Position numbers and translations under genes: made by a program. The notes beneath the pieces are model-generated. The model was given only the letters and a program-made list of their open reading frames with translations, made no database searches and was not told the DNA's origin. From the NCBI RefSeq assembly GCF_006345805.1, contig NC_042999.1:27404001-27468000 (forward strand): 64,000 nt of DNA, given 5' to 3'. Of this stretch, positions 1-12,989 are shown piece by piece. Positions within the stretch are counted from its first letter, which is position 1. Every line of letters begins with the position of its first letter. Source of the stretch: Octopus sinensis. Lineage: Eukaryota.

Positions 1-2514
1 GCTGAACAGGAAACTTGCGATAAGTTTGGAAACAGCAGGAGAACAATGCCAAGAAATTTGAGGGAATAGGAAAAATGGTAATTATCCCTTTCTGACCAAT
101 ACTAACCTCTTTATACAATTTCATATAAAATTATTGTTGCCGTTGTCATGACTCTTGCTGTTGTTTTTACTACTGTTTTTTTCCGAGTTTTCTGTTATTG
201 TCATTGTTGTTCTTTTATGTTGTTGCTGTTGTTTTTGTAACTTGTTGTTATTATTTATTAGTTTCCAGTTGTCCGTGGTAGAGAAGACCTATAATCAAGG
301 CCAGCAGAGGTATGAGCAAAACAAAATACATTACAGGCTGTATTTTTTGTAATTATATATCTAAAAGTACACTATTAAAACTGCTCGTTTTTTAAAGACA
401 ATAAAAAGTCGTTTCAAGAACATTTATCTGCTTTTTCGCACAAGTCGAGTAATTAGATAGAGTCTAACTGACTGATTCTTGTATTCAGGTATATACATGG
501 GAAGTGTTCTGTCAAATAGACAGCACACTTCCCACGTATATTTCTATTATTTCAACGATAATAAGCAAAGGTCCACCATTCTACAGAAATGTTGGTGAAT
601 AACAAGCCAATAAATTAGACATACATACATATATATATATATTATTTATATTTATATTTATATATATGCATATTAATATATATGTGTGTATGTATATATA
701 TTATTTATATTTTTGCATATGAATATATATGTGTGTATATAAATATATATATATTCTACTTTCTAAAAATAAGGTCTCATTTTCCTCATATGACCGATCT
801 TCTTACGAAAAGACAAGAAACGTTAAGTAATGTATTTGTACATCCTAGATCCATACTGCTTAAGTTTATTTTTTCTCGTACTACCCCGTTTACCAGTTCA
901 CCTTTCTGAATTGCCTCCACCCAAAGTATTTTTGCGTACAGCACAATGTATTACGTGTCATCTGCAGCCTTATATTTCTTATTAGCCACCTTAAAATCAA
1001 TATTAAAGAAAATCTAGTAAAAGCAGCATGATTAATGATAATAAATTTTAGATTTAAAGGTAATTATTTTTTCATTAATGTCTCGAATTTCTCTCCATTT
1101 AAACATTTGTGCCTAGAAAAACGATATGGTCACAGCTGGAATGCCTTCCATCATAGATATATTTTATTAATGCTAATGAGCAAAAACTACTGAAAATTAT
1201 TATTTGTAATTGTGACCCAACACAAGTTCTTTGGGAAGATCGAAGATGACTTAATTAATTGTATGTAAAGTAATTAATCGTAATTAACTGATGCTATTTT
1301 ATTAATCCTATGAACAACAAAATCAATTTGGGTGCTGGGATTTAATTTCAGTAAACAAAAGGTTATAACTTAGTATGTGCCACTTCAACAACTTAACTTC
1401 GTTTTCTCTTGGTAGATGAATATCTTGAACAAAGCATATTCAATAGCATTCTTTGAACTTCTCAACAATACTGTATTAGGACGAGTGTCAGTATTCGGAA
1501 TACGGTGAAAGCCATCACAATCCCATTTATTTCTATCAATGATATTGAGTTACAAGCATTAGAACTAATTAAAACACGCACAAGAAATTCGTTGTGTGAT
1601 TGGGATATAAATCTACGTTGTAGAATTTCTAAGGAAAAATGGCAAATGCCGTATATCTTAATGCGTTCATTGAAGATAAATGTACATTATAACCCAGTAA
1701 GGTAGTGAACGAAAGAGAACAATATATTATATGTTCCCAAGAACCTAACGATAATAGCTTTATTTTCCTTTCTGCAAAATGAAGGTTAAGACCCAAAATG
1801 GTAGATTCCTCATTCCTGACAACAACTTGCTGTGTCAAACTATTCTATAACCTATCCTAAGAGTGACACTCCCGACGTGTAGAGATTGCTAAATGGTTTC
1901 CAATCCCATTTGATTTTCACGCAGTTAATACTCTTTGACAAAGTAATAAATTCACACAACCCCACCATGCAATTCATAAAATAATCCTAAACCTTCTTAT
2001 TGCATGCAGCATGTTTTGGCAAGTTTATTAATATTTCCACACTTCACTATATAGAGATTTTGAAATTTGAGTTAACAATTCTTTTATATGTGAAATTAGA
2101 ATGGTGCCTGACTTTATATCCTACAGTATTCCAACCGCAGAAGCATTTAAAAAGAAGAAAAAAGAAGAAAAAAGAAGAAAAAAAAAACACGACGATTTTG
2201 CACAATTTTATTTCACTTAAAAATTTTACTTTAATCGTTAACTGAAACAAACGTGTGTAAAATCATGCGAGTCATTGGTGATGACAATATTTTAACCAGT
2301 GAAACTCTTACTTTTGAAAGTGCCTAATTCATATGGATGTACGTGTGACTAAGTCACATTAAGAATATCATTTTCTAGTCAAAAATTATCACAATAGGAA
2401 ATGTGAATAAGCGTTTGCATATACTCACACAAAACAAATATAAATACAGATATTCACACACACTTATACATACATATGCATACATACTTATATGCATGCA
2501 TGCATATATATATA

Positions 2515-2545
<31 letters not shown>

Positions 2546-2546
<1 letters not shown>

Positions 2547-3462
2547 TAAGGTATGTAGAAAAATACAACATGGACAAGAACGTATAACTCATAGAAGACG
2601 ATACAATAAACATGGACAGGACATTCGAACCCCTCAGTCTTCAGTCAAGAACCGGATCATCGTAGTAATTTCGGCTGATTAATCTTGAGATTACTAGATC
2701 ACGGCCAGCCCTCCAAGAAAAACTAAGCTGGAAGCGTAGATTTCCTGGAAGAAGGATCGAATGCATACGAACACCAGGACAGCAAAAGGGACAGATATAG
2801 AAAAAACAAAAAACAATAATGGAATACAGAAACATGAAATACAGAAGCATTAACGGTGAAAACAACAAGTGTCTTACGACTGATAACAAGCAAACAAATT
2901 TTTTCTCTGGCGCATTGGAAAAAGCCTTTATAGCGGCGGACGAAGAACAACGATGTTAACACGACGAGGGTCAGGAGCTGAAAGGCAGATTTCGGCCAAC
3001 AGTCACGTGACAGAGAAGAGGGAAAAGAAAAGAAAGAGAAGCAAAGGAAGAGAGAGAGAGAAAAGGGGGACAAAACGCAACAAAGAGAGAGAAGAGAGAG
3101 AAAGAAGGAATCAGAGAGGAGAAGGGATGGGTGTCGAAGAATGACCTGTGAGTGCAGAGCGAGACAAAGAAATAGGAGGGTAGTGGAAGACTAGACCAAA
3201 GGATCAGAGGAAAGAGAATATGAATAGAGAGAAAGTAAAAATGAGAGAGAGAGAGAGACAAACAGAGAGTCGTACCAATTATTAAGAATATGTGTTCACA
3301 TTAATGATAAAGGGGGTACGGGGCGCCTGGAATATATGTTAAGGTATGTAGAAAAATACAACATGGACAAGAACGTATAACTCATAGAAGACGATACAAT
3401 AAACATGGACAGGACATTCGAACCCCTCAGTCTTCAGTCAAGAACCGGATCATCGTAGTAAT
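2546..3462 (-). mobile_element. Non-autonomous ~793-bp-unit element with 124-bp terminal direct repeat (Penelope pLTR-like partial tandem), inserted in (TA)n
   Basis: 2546-2669 is repeated exactly at 3339-3462 (offset 793); both ends abut (TA)n; homologous to 41760-42090 and 44440-45135 on the opposite strand; no ORF. Confidence 0.75.
2638..2696 (-). ncRNA. Permuted/pseudoknotted hammerhead-like motif (copy A)
   Basis: Minus strand: uaguaa-UC-ucaaga...GAAA-uuacua...ucuuga-CUGAAGA; 7-bp stem III and 6-bp stem I in hammerhead register, stem II not evident. Confidence 0.4.
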
Positions 3463-3464
3463 GC

Positions 3465-3512
3465 ATATAAATATATATGTGTGTATATATATATTATTTA
3501 TATTTATGCATA

Positions 3513-3567
<55 letters not shown>

Positions 3568-3679
3568 TATTTATATTTATGCATATGAATATATATATAC
3601 ATATATATATATATATACATATGTATGTATACATACATACATATATATGTATGTATATATATATATATATTATATATAT

Positions 3680-3732
<53 letters not shown>

Positions 3733-3735
3733 GAT
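3465..3735. repeat. (TA)n-rich microsatellite
   Basis: Direct reading. Confidence 0.95.
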
Positions 3736-5589
3736 TACTACATTGAGGAATATTCTGACAACATTTGTTATGATTTCTCCTGTCTCTATTGTACATTTTA
3801 ATCTCTCCAACCATAATTATAATGTATTTGGAATTTTTGTATTATAATTGCATATTTCTGTTAAGTCTATGAACGCTTATCATACGTTCGACACCAAAGT
3901 AGGAATATATTTCATTTTCTAATGAACAATGAGAAATTTCGGCTCCATGCAAATATCTATTATCACAGTGCTTACAACATGTCATCAACTGGCTTAACAA
4001 GGTAGCAACACATTTTACCATTGTTAGTACGTATTACGTCAGAATGAAAACGAAAATTCATAACAAAGAATAAATATTTGAAGAAAGAAAATTAGGGAAT
4101 GATACGTTTATTGTTATTGTCCTCTTTGGTATTGTTGTGTAACTAACTTAACATGAAATAACATGAGTAAAATAGATCTTCGTAAACATTTATCTTCAGA
4201 CACTCAGATACTATTTTTGGTGTTCTTAAATGTATGCATATATGTATGTTTGCATGTATGTGTATGTATATATATATATATTTATATAGACGGAAAACGT
4301 ATATGAGTCTCTTAGTGTCGTTTTGTCGTTTTGTTATGTGTGTATATGCATGCATGCACACATGTATGTTTGTGTGTGTTTGTATGTATGTGAGTATGTA
4401 TGTATGCATGTATGCATGTATGCATGTATGCATGTATGCATTATGTATGTATGCATGAATGCATTACGAGGGTTCCTTAAACGTTCCTGGCTTTAATTGT
4501 GTCCCGAAAGGTCTGGTTGCAGGCCCAACCTTCCGAGTCTTTTTTTTTTTTTTGCAGGGCTTAGAAAAACCAAAGGAGTGCTGCAGTAGGTGTGTAAATC
4601 TGAGAGGGGAATATCTTTAAATAAAGTCATTAACTGATCCTCCAGTATACTCTTGTACTAAAGTAAGGATGTTTTCAGCAACCCATAGTATATGTAAGTC
4701 GTGGTGCACACATGCGTCACAGACGTACATCTTTAAATTAAAATATTAAGTTTCATTTATGATATTAAGGTTACCGAAAATAATTATTTTTTCAAGTAAA
4801 TAGTCTGACATCATACCACAAGAGGATATGCGTCAAAATATCAAAGATTTTTCCCGGGCGATTAATTAACCTTGGTCTGGTGTGCACAATTATTTCAAGC
4901 AAACTTGGGAAAGTGTGTAGAGAAGAGAAGAGGGCACAACAGAAAGGATGTCATCTTGCAACATTATAATGCCAAGCCACATTCAATGAAGTTCACTCAA
5001 AAAAGATGTATTTATTAAATTGGGAAGCTCTACCTACAACTCCCTACTTGCTAGACCTATCCCTATCAGAGTTTCACTCATTCAGTCTACTTGAACAATT
5101 TAGCAATGCAAAGCATTCAGAAGTAGGGACAATATAAAAACGAGGCTCCTAACATATTTTCTCTTCTAAAGAATCTGATTTCATTTTTGTCCGAGGAATC
5201 AAACTCATTTCCAAGTACGAAAATATTGTTGCTAACGACGGCGATTTTCAATGAATAAATATATTTATGATAACATGTTATAACTGTACTAAATTTCATA
5301 TATTCGTGAGATGCTTCTAGTTTGTTTGAAATTGTTAAATTCACCATCAAATTTCCCAGAACTTCACAACCTCATCAGCAGGATAAAGTGATGCTTGACT
5401 GTGTCATGACCTCTTACTGAAGTCGATGCAATTAGTGTAAACATTACCACCAGAATTTCAATCTTGACAGTTACGTCATCACTACGAGGTTTATTCATGA
5501 TTGCGTCCATATATATTTTGTCACAGCATTTATTTGCATATAGTGTTGCTCCTCCAGTTTTGCTTCCAAAAATAATCGTTTATATGTAA

Positions 5590-5983
5590 CTAGCAGTATC
5601 GCCCGGCGTTGCTCGGGTTTGTAAGGGAAATAACTATATAAGCATTTTTAGAGATGTAAACTATAATAGCCATCTCAATATGGCTAACCACAAAGGGGGG
5701 GTGTTACTGTAGCTTTTTACGTTTTGAGATTTAATAATACATTTTTAGAGAGTTACTTCCCTTATATAATAGCAAAAAAATGCATTAAAAATGGGAAAAA
5801 ATTATGGTAATTATTTTTAAATCGTAGACTCATGGTAGACGTGCGCTAATACCCAGAAGGGCACGATATGAATCACGACTATAAGATACCCGCTTTTGGT
5901 TAAACTGCACTGCAAAATGTGGGAGTAGTTACGAATCTAAATCGTAGGAGACAGACACACAACTTCACTTTTATATATAAAGA
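5590..5983 (-). mobile_element. Non-autonomous Helitron (copy 1)
   Basis: Minus strand starts TC(TTTATATATAAAAG), ends with hairpin CCCGAGCAACGCCGGG then CTAG, inserted between A and T with no TSD; second copy at 30461-30856. Confidence 0.85.
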
Positions 5984-6496
5984 TGTGTAATTCTGCTGAG
6001 TATGGATACACTATTATTAATATTTTATGCTGTGGATGTGCTTTGTGTTGTGTACTGAAGCATTGTAATATCTCCTTTTTGTAAATGCATAGTGAGCCGC
6101 CGGGAGAGTGCCGTACTTGTATGACCAATATCACAGGTACAGTTAAGAATCTTATTACGTTTGCATTTAAAATCGTTCTTACACATTACCCAAAATTTTT
6201 TAACCGATTGACATGTATGGTTCAGGAGAAAGTGTCTAATTTTAGTACTTTTGGACTATATCATTAGATCCCATTTATCGTTCGATGACATGAATCTCGT
6301 GGTCCGTTTTAGAATGTTTTCGATATCCTCATCTAATCTTCAATTGGAATTTATTTGCTATATATTATAAATAACATGTTGGTTATGCAGTGTGTTCTTG
6401 TAATGTTCGATTGCTTGGGCTATTAGTAATTTTCAGAATGACTACTGTTTAATTTATGCAGTCAGTCATATGTATATCTATCTATATATGTAGTAT

Positions 6497-6534
<38 letters not shown>

Positions 6535-6575
6535 TATATACATATATATACATATATACATATATATACACATAT

Positions 6576-6637
<62 letters not shown>

Positions 6638-6641
<4 letters not shown>

Positions 6642-7277
6642 ATATATAGAGGGCATTATACATACATGCCAGAAGGCATTATACATAAATGCCACACGCT
6701 AAGAGGGACAATTAGTCATTTCTACCAAAAATATTACTAATCCCACCGAATGCAATTTTTCAAAGTAAGACATTTAAAAAAATATAGACCTGTATCACAG
6801 TGATTTCATACTTACGTATTCATCAGCAGGCCTGAATGTATTATAAATAAACAACGACCCTGCCCCGCTTAAGCCGATCAGCTAACTGATCAACATCAAC
6901 GAAGCACATGGGTGAGTTTACATATATTACATCCGGATAAATGGCAAGCTTTTACGAATTGCATTTCGGGAGAGGAAAAGTTTTTTCGGAATAAAAATTT
7001 AGCAATTAAGGACAACTACTTAATAAGGAAAACTTAACAAGAAATTGCCAGGTAGATAGCGTGAAAACCTCATAAGAGAAAAAATTTCGAAAATAATTAT
7101 TTCTTATTGAACATATTAATTTATATATAGAGGGCATTATACATACATGCCAGAAGGCATTATACATAAATGCCACACGCTAAGAGGGACAATTAGTCAT
7201 TTCTACCAAAAATATTACTAATCCCACCGAATGCAATTTTTCAAAGTAAGACATTTAAAAAAATATAGACCTGTATC
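6638..7277 (-). mobile_element. Retrozyme-like 481-nt unit, 1.33 tandem copies, in (TA)n
   Basis: ~6640-6796 is repeated at ~7121-7277 (offset 481); contains a canonical HHR; flanked by (TA)n. Confidence 0.8.
6787..6832 (-). ncRNA. Type I hammerhead ribozyme, canonical core
   Basis: ggccug CUGAUGA auac-GUAA-guau GAAA ucac-u-guga UA / cagguc: 6-bp stem I, 4-bp stem II with GNRA loop, near-palindromic stem III; predicted cleavage AUA between 6793 and 6792. Confidence 0.9.
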
Positions 7278-7279
7278 CT

Positions 7280-7745
7280 ATATATATATATATATATTTT
7301 ATATATATATATATAAAAATAAATATGTATATTTATATATATATTTATACACACACATACGCACATACACACACACATATACGGCGGGATTCTTTCAGTT
7401 TCCGTCTATCACATCCACTTACAAGGCTTTAGTCGGGCCGAGGCTATAGTAGAAGACATTGCCCAAGTTGCCACGCAGTGGGACTGAACCCGGAACCATG
7501 TGATTGCCACGCAAGTTACTTACGTGGCAATCACATGGTTCCGGGTTCAGTCCCACTGCGTGGCAACTTGGGCAATGTCTTCTACTATAGCCTCGGCCCG
7601 ACTAAAGCCTTGTAAGTGGATGTGATAGACGGAAACTGAAAGAATCCCGCCGTATATGTGTGTGTGTATGTGCGTATGTGTGTGTATAAATATATATATA
7701 AATATACATATTTATTTATATATATATATATAAAGATATATATGT
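7280..7745. repeat. Fold-back inverted duplication (~220-bp arms) of a CORE-like SINE plus flanking microsatellite
   Basis: 7381-7510 is the exact reverse complement of 7522-7651; centre gccacg-caagttactta-cgtggc; arms extend into TA/CA repeats. Confidence 0.9.
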
Positions 7746-7763
7746 ATATAAATATGTGTGTGA

Positions 7764-7826
<63 letters not shown>

Positions 7827-8532
7827 TCATACATACACAATATACTGCATATACTTATGTATATAATATAATATTATATCATTCAACTACGGTAGTAGTT
7901 GAATAATATTCTTAAGGACGCAATTTACTCACACGCAGAACCTTTCAGAGCCTCTAACTAATTCAGTTCATAACCAAATTGAGAACTGTTAACATTTTTG
8001 AAAAGGACTTGTACCTAGCTACATTTTGGCATAAACAATTGAGATTTGATCCAGTAGAAAAAAAGTTTACATCGAAATTTGTAGCAACAATAGAGGAGAG
8101 TAAGTAATGACACCAAACATGTTTAGATCTAAATAACTTTTTTTTTAATTTTAAAAGCAAAATATATTTATCTTAGCTTCAATGATAGCAGAAAGCATGA
8201 AGAATTTCGTAGTTTTATTCCCATGCAACAAAAATGTGTATGAAAAATTTGTGAGGTAAAATATCATGAAAAAATAAAATAAGGCAAAAGATTGGCTTTA
8301 AGTATAATTAATTTTTAGAGTTCAATTCCTGGAAATTCATGGTATCAATCTCTTGTAATGAAGTTTTAAAAGTAAAACGTTATGAGTATTAGTTTGTCAA
8401 ATTTGTAGGTGATACTATAGTTCAATACATTTGACACATCATTAATTAACATGATAGCATAGCCTGGAAAAAACATGGATTACATAGAAAAATGCGAGCA
8501 AGAGAAATAATATTCTTAACATTGTAAACCTA

Positions 8533-8764
8533 TTTCTTTACTACCCACAAGGGGCTAAACACAGAGAGGACAAACAAGGACAGACAAACGGATTAAGTCG
8601 GTTACATTAACCCCAGTGCGTAACTGGTACTTAATTTATCGACCCCGAAAGGATGAAAGGCAAAGTCGACCTCGGCGGAATTTGAACTCAGACCGTAACG
8701 GCAGACGAAATACGGCTACGCATTTCGCCCGGCGTGCTAACGTTTCTGCCAGCTCACCGCCTTA
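8533..8764 (-). mobile_element. tRNA-derived SINE (family with GCCTTTCATCCTTTCGGGGTCGATAAA central domain), full length
   Basis: A-box/B-box-like head (TGGCAGAAACGTTAG...GAGTTCAAATTCC); 16-bp TSD taacattgtaaaccta at 8517-8532 and 8765-8780. Confidence 0.9.
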
Positions 8765-10529
8765 TAACATTGTAAACCTAGGAAACTACAGGACAAGTTA
8801 TAACACTTCAAAATGTTCAGGACTGCTTATTAGATCTGGTAAAGTATAGAACAAGAAAATTTTTATCAAGGTATTACACTTAAGCATAAAATTTGTATAT
8901 TAAAAATTATTAGATTTTAATTTTGATTTACAAAGTAACATTATAATTAAAAAAAGGTACCATCATTTTGTTAAAGTATTGACACACAAGAATACTTTTA
9001 AAATGAATGCCAGAAGTACCAACATAGCAAAAGTTTTATGCAAAGTAGAATAGTATATATGGTAGGCAAATTCATTAAGTAAAAAATAGGCAAGACTAAA
9101 AATGTGACGACAATAGGCTATATTTCAAACAAAATTTATTGTGAGTTTGTTATTATAGATAGATTTTACTGTAGTATATAACTGTATTATTCTATTTATT
9201 GTACTAACTAATTATGTACTACTATTATCTTATAACCTATTTTCAAATTTCTAATTATTTTGTGAAGTATACGTAATAATTTAATTGAGTTATTTATTAT
9301 TTTAATTGAAGTAACAAGTAATAACAAATAGAAATAATAACTTTAATAAGATTTTTAATTTTAATAAAAGCTAATATTTTCTAAATCTAAATATTTTATT
9401 TGAAATTTTATCCTTAGCTGCAATGATTTAAGTATAAATTTTCTTGTTCTGTACTTTACCAGATGTAATAAGTTGTCATGAACTTTTCCAGGTTTATGAT
9501 ATTAAGTATATTATTTCTCTTGCTCGCATTTTCCCATTCAATCATATATATTATACATATATAAATGTATATACATATATACATATATTACTTATATAGT
9601 GTATACTTTTAAATTCGTGTGTGTTTGTGTATGTGTACGTATGTGCATATCTGCTTCACATCTGTCCTATAATGGCATTACAATTTCGTTGAATTATAAC
9701 TATTACGAAACCATATATATGTCTCAAAAAATTTGTATCTAACTACAATAACATAGAATCTGTACCACGCTTGGTAAAGAAATCAAATAAAACAGAGTAA
9801 GCAAACATATTAACGAGCGATCGACAACATATGATCATTACAGGGGAACATGCCACGTCAGCAGCCTGTCGGATATCATCGTGATTTTGACAACTTAAGG
9901 CAGTACCATTAATTGTAAATTTGGCAAAGTGAAATAGTCTCAAGAAAAAATGTCTAACCCTATTAGGAAAATATACTCAAGATCCCTGAAACAAATTTTG
10001 AACACCAACGAAATTAAACATATAAATAATTAATAAATACTAATAAATCAACTTATATATTACAGATACTAATAAATGAAACGTAAATATACTATGACAA
10101 GCTATAATGCGTACCCAATATTCCTACACACATACAGACACATAGGAATACTATGCATTGTCATACACAATACTTTCTTGATTTTTCTTAAAATTTCTTT
10201 CTGAAAAGGAAGCAGATGACAAAATGACTTAGTGGTATTTGTCAGTGACTTCAAAGAGCCGGGAGGTCATGTAAAGAACTTAAGAATTTCGCAGATTAAT
10301 TTCTGTGCGAGTGGAAAAACAATTTGCCAGAGAAGATACTTACGTAGCGTTTTGTTAGAATCTGTTTCTTTGAACCTAAAGATGTTATTACTAACGCAAA
10401 CAATGTACTTACAAAACAATATTTGTGTACAAGGGCTATTATATGCGACTTTTTACTAAAATAATAATGTATTAGTGTTCAGTGTATATTATATTTTATC
10501 TGTTATGGCATTCACACAAATGTAAACAC

Positions 10530-10609
10530 TGATGTGTGTGTGGATGTATACACACACACATACATACATATACATACATACATGTATGTATACATACAAA
10601 CATATATAT

Positions 10610-10646
<37 letters not shown>

Positions 10647-10727
10647 TTGTATGTATACAATATGTATGTATGTATATGTGGATATATATATATGTTTGTA
10701 TGTATACATTTATGTATGTATATGTAT

Positions 10728-10771
<44 letters not shown>

Positions 10772-10800
10772 ATATATATATACGCGTATGCATACATACA
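10530..10800. repeat. Compound (CA)/(TA)/(TATG) microsatellite
   Basis: Direct reading; explains the overlapping spurious ORFs. Confidence 0.95.
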
Positions 10801-12107
10801 TACAAATGTACATGTATCATTTAAATCAGTGTTTACATTAAGATTCTCTACTTTGAAGATTCCTCTTTGAATGAAGCACTAAATTCTAAAATGTATTGAA
10901 AATAATTGTATGCCTTGTAAGAAGGAAAGTAATGTGTATTCAATAATGAAAGCATTATTGTAGTTCTATTTTACTTTCTGAAACTTTTAAAATCTCTTGT
11001 TTCTTGCTTTATCTTTCTTCCTCGGATATAAAGCCTCGCTGTTTCTTTGAAGCCAAGGAAGAGGTGTAAGAGGTGGGGAGAAAAACACTACCTCATTATT
11101 AGTTAGTAATAAAGAGAAGAAAAGTGGCAAATACATAAGATCAAACAAAATAATATGTGAGTTTGTGGATAGGTCTCACGTACGTATGCATGAAACACAT
11201 GCTGCTTTTTTTCTTTCACTTACAAATCTTCCATTTACAGTAGCGTATTATAAAACTTTTCGATTAGTTTCCGGAGGGGGCAATAAACACATATACATGC
11301 GCGCACACAAACACTCATACACCCACATACACACACATACATACATATATGTGTGTTTGTATGTGTATGTACCTATCTATTTGTATGGAATTATTTGCAT
11401 GTATCCTTATAGTGGAACCTCATTAAACCGTATTAATAGGCGGAGAGTGTCCATTTAAACCGATCTTTTAATATTATATTCTTCAATGGTATTAGAAATA
11501 TTTACATTCTATATTGTATATGATAATTTATAGCAAAATTTTAGAAAACACTGCCAACACCATATAGATACCTGATACATTTTATATCATTTCATATGAT
11601 AATATGTAAACATTAAAATGCTGATATCATTAATTTCAAATATCATTTACCTGATAAATGACGTGAGATTCATATGATGGTAATGGCGGTTGTAGTGGGA
11701 TTGTTGAGGTGGGGTGTATTATAGACAAAAGGTAAGAATGTGTCAACAGTTGGATTAATAGCTGTAATAGCTTAATAGCTGTAACAAAGTTATAACAAAC
11801 CGGGTTCAAGAACGAGCCTAGTTTCAGTTGATATTGCTTCTGGATATTCTTCTCTGAGCTCATCTTATTGCTGGATATCCGCTCCTCAAGTGATCACAGA
11901 ATACAAGGTAATATGGGTACGTTGGAAAATGGATACTGTTTTCATCATTTTCACTGCCTCAGCCGTCACCAACGAAAACATCTGCTGCTTCTTTTGTCAG
12001 CACTTAGTGTCAATGGCCATCCACTGAGTCTTCTACCCATGTCTAACGTCATCTTCTGTGGTATTTACTTTGTCGAGCTGCCCTCTGAAAATATACGAAT
12101 ACAGACG

Positions 12108-12108
12108 T

Positions 12109-12160
<52 letters not shown>
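12108..12160. repeat. (TG)n microsatellite
   Basis: Direct reading. Confidence 0.95.
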
Positions 12161-12163
<3 letters not shown>

Positions 12164-12417
12164 TGCATGTTCGTACACACACATATGTATGCTTGCATGT
12201 ATGTGTGTATGTGTGTATGTGTGTGTGCGTGTATAACACGTATGAGGCACTCGCGTCGGTGAAATGTAAAAGACACTCAGTACACTCCGTGGAGTGGATG
12301 GTGTTAGGAAGGGCATCTAATCATAGAAACCAAGCCAAAACAGATTTTCAAACCCGGTGTAGTTCTCCAGCTTACCAGCCCCTGTCAGTGGTCTTAAACA
12401 TGCAAACATGGAAAATA

Positions 12418-12558
12418 TTAGGTTGTCCCAAAAGTTCGTAAACACTTGCGAAAATTGAATTTTTACTCGCCAAGTACTAACAAAAACAACAAAAATTATT
12501 CCTCAAAGTAAAGACCATTATTTTCCAAGACTTTCTACGAACTTTTGGGACAACCTTA
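12418..12558. mobile_element. Mariner-type MITE
   Basis: TIRs ttaggttgtcccaaaagttcgta / tacgaacttttgggacaacctta flanked by TA on both sides. Confidence 0.8.
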
Positions 12559-12575
12559 TAGATGATAACTGATGT

Positions 12576-12577
12576 TG

Positions 12578-12613
<36 letters not shown>

Positions 12614-12632
12614 GTGAAGATAATGATGATGA
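12576..12632. repeat. (GAT)n trinucleotide repeat
   Basis: Direct reading. Confidence 0.95.
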
Positions 12633-12989
12633 TGTGTGTGCTTGTGTGTGTGTGAAGAATTCTGGTACAACACAATCTAGCATCCGATTGAGAAGAATCC
12701 TTGAAAATATTGTGAATTATTTCTTCTATAAAGAAACAAGAATGGCATTCCTCTGATCTTATGGGAATCTACTTTTCGTGCACATTGTGTGACATATTAT
12801 AGATGAACGTACCAGTAATTCATCAGTGACAACACCAACATTCCCAAAGGTCTTCCCGATATTCATCCATTTTACAGCAACCATTATTTTATTATTAGTT
12901 GGTGGAGAATCAAGCCTGTGAATCACGAGTATCTGTGATAACAGGACTTAATACAACCTCACAGTTCAAGACAAACCCTAAAACGCTGC

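Noticed and set aside
785-830. cuu CUUACGA aaagacaa GAAA CG UU aag hammerhead-like string
   Set aside because: G5 is U, stem I is only 3 bp and there is no stem II; cannot be distinguished from chance, though it may be a decayed copy.
1400-1860. Possible MULE/FAR1-like transposase relic (KTRTRNSLCDWDINLRCRISKEKW)
   Set aside because: Resemblance is weak and no catalytic motif or TIR was recognisable.
4160-4210. CUGAAGA uaaa-ug-uuua CGAAG on -
   Set aside because: GAAG instead of GAAA and no stem I in register.
5350-5390. ccug CUGAUGA ... GAAA on -
   Set aside because: No stem II, stem III or 3' stem I partner.
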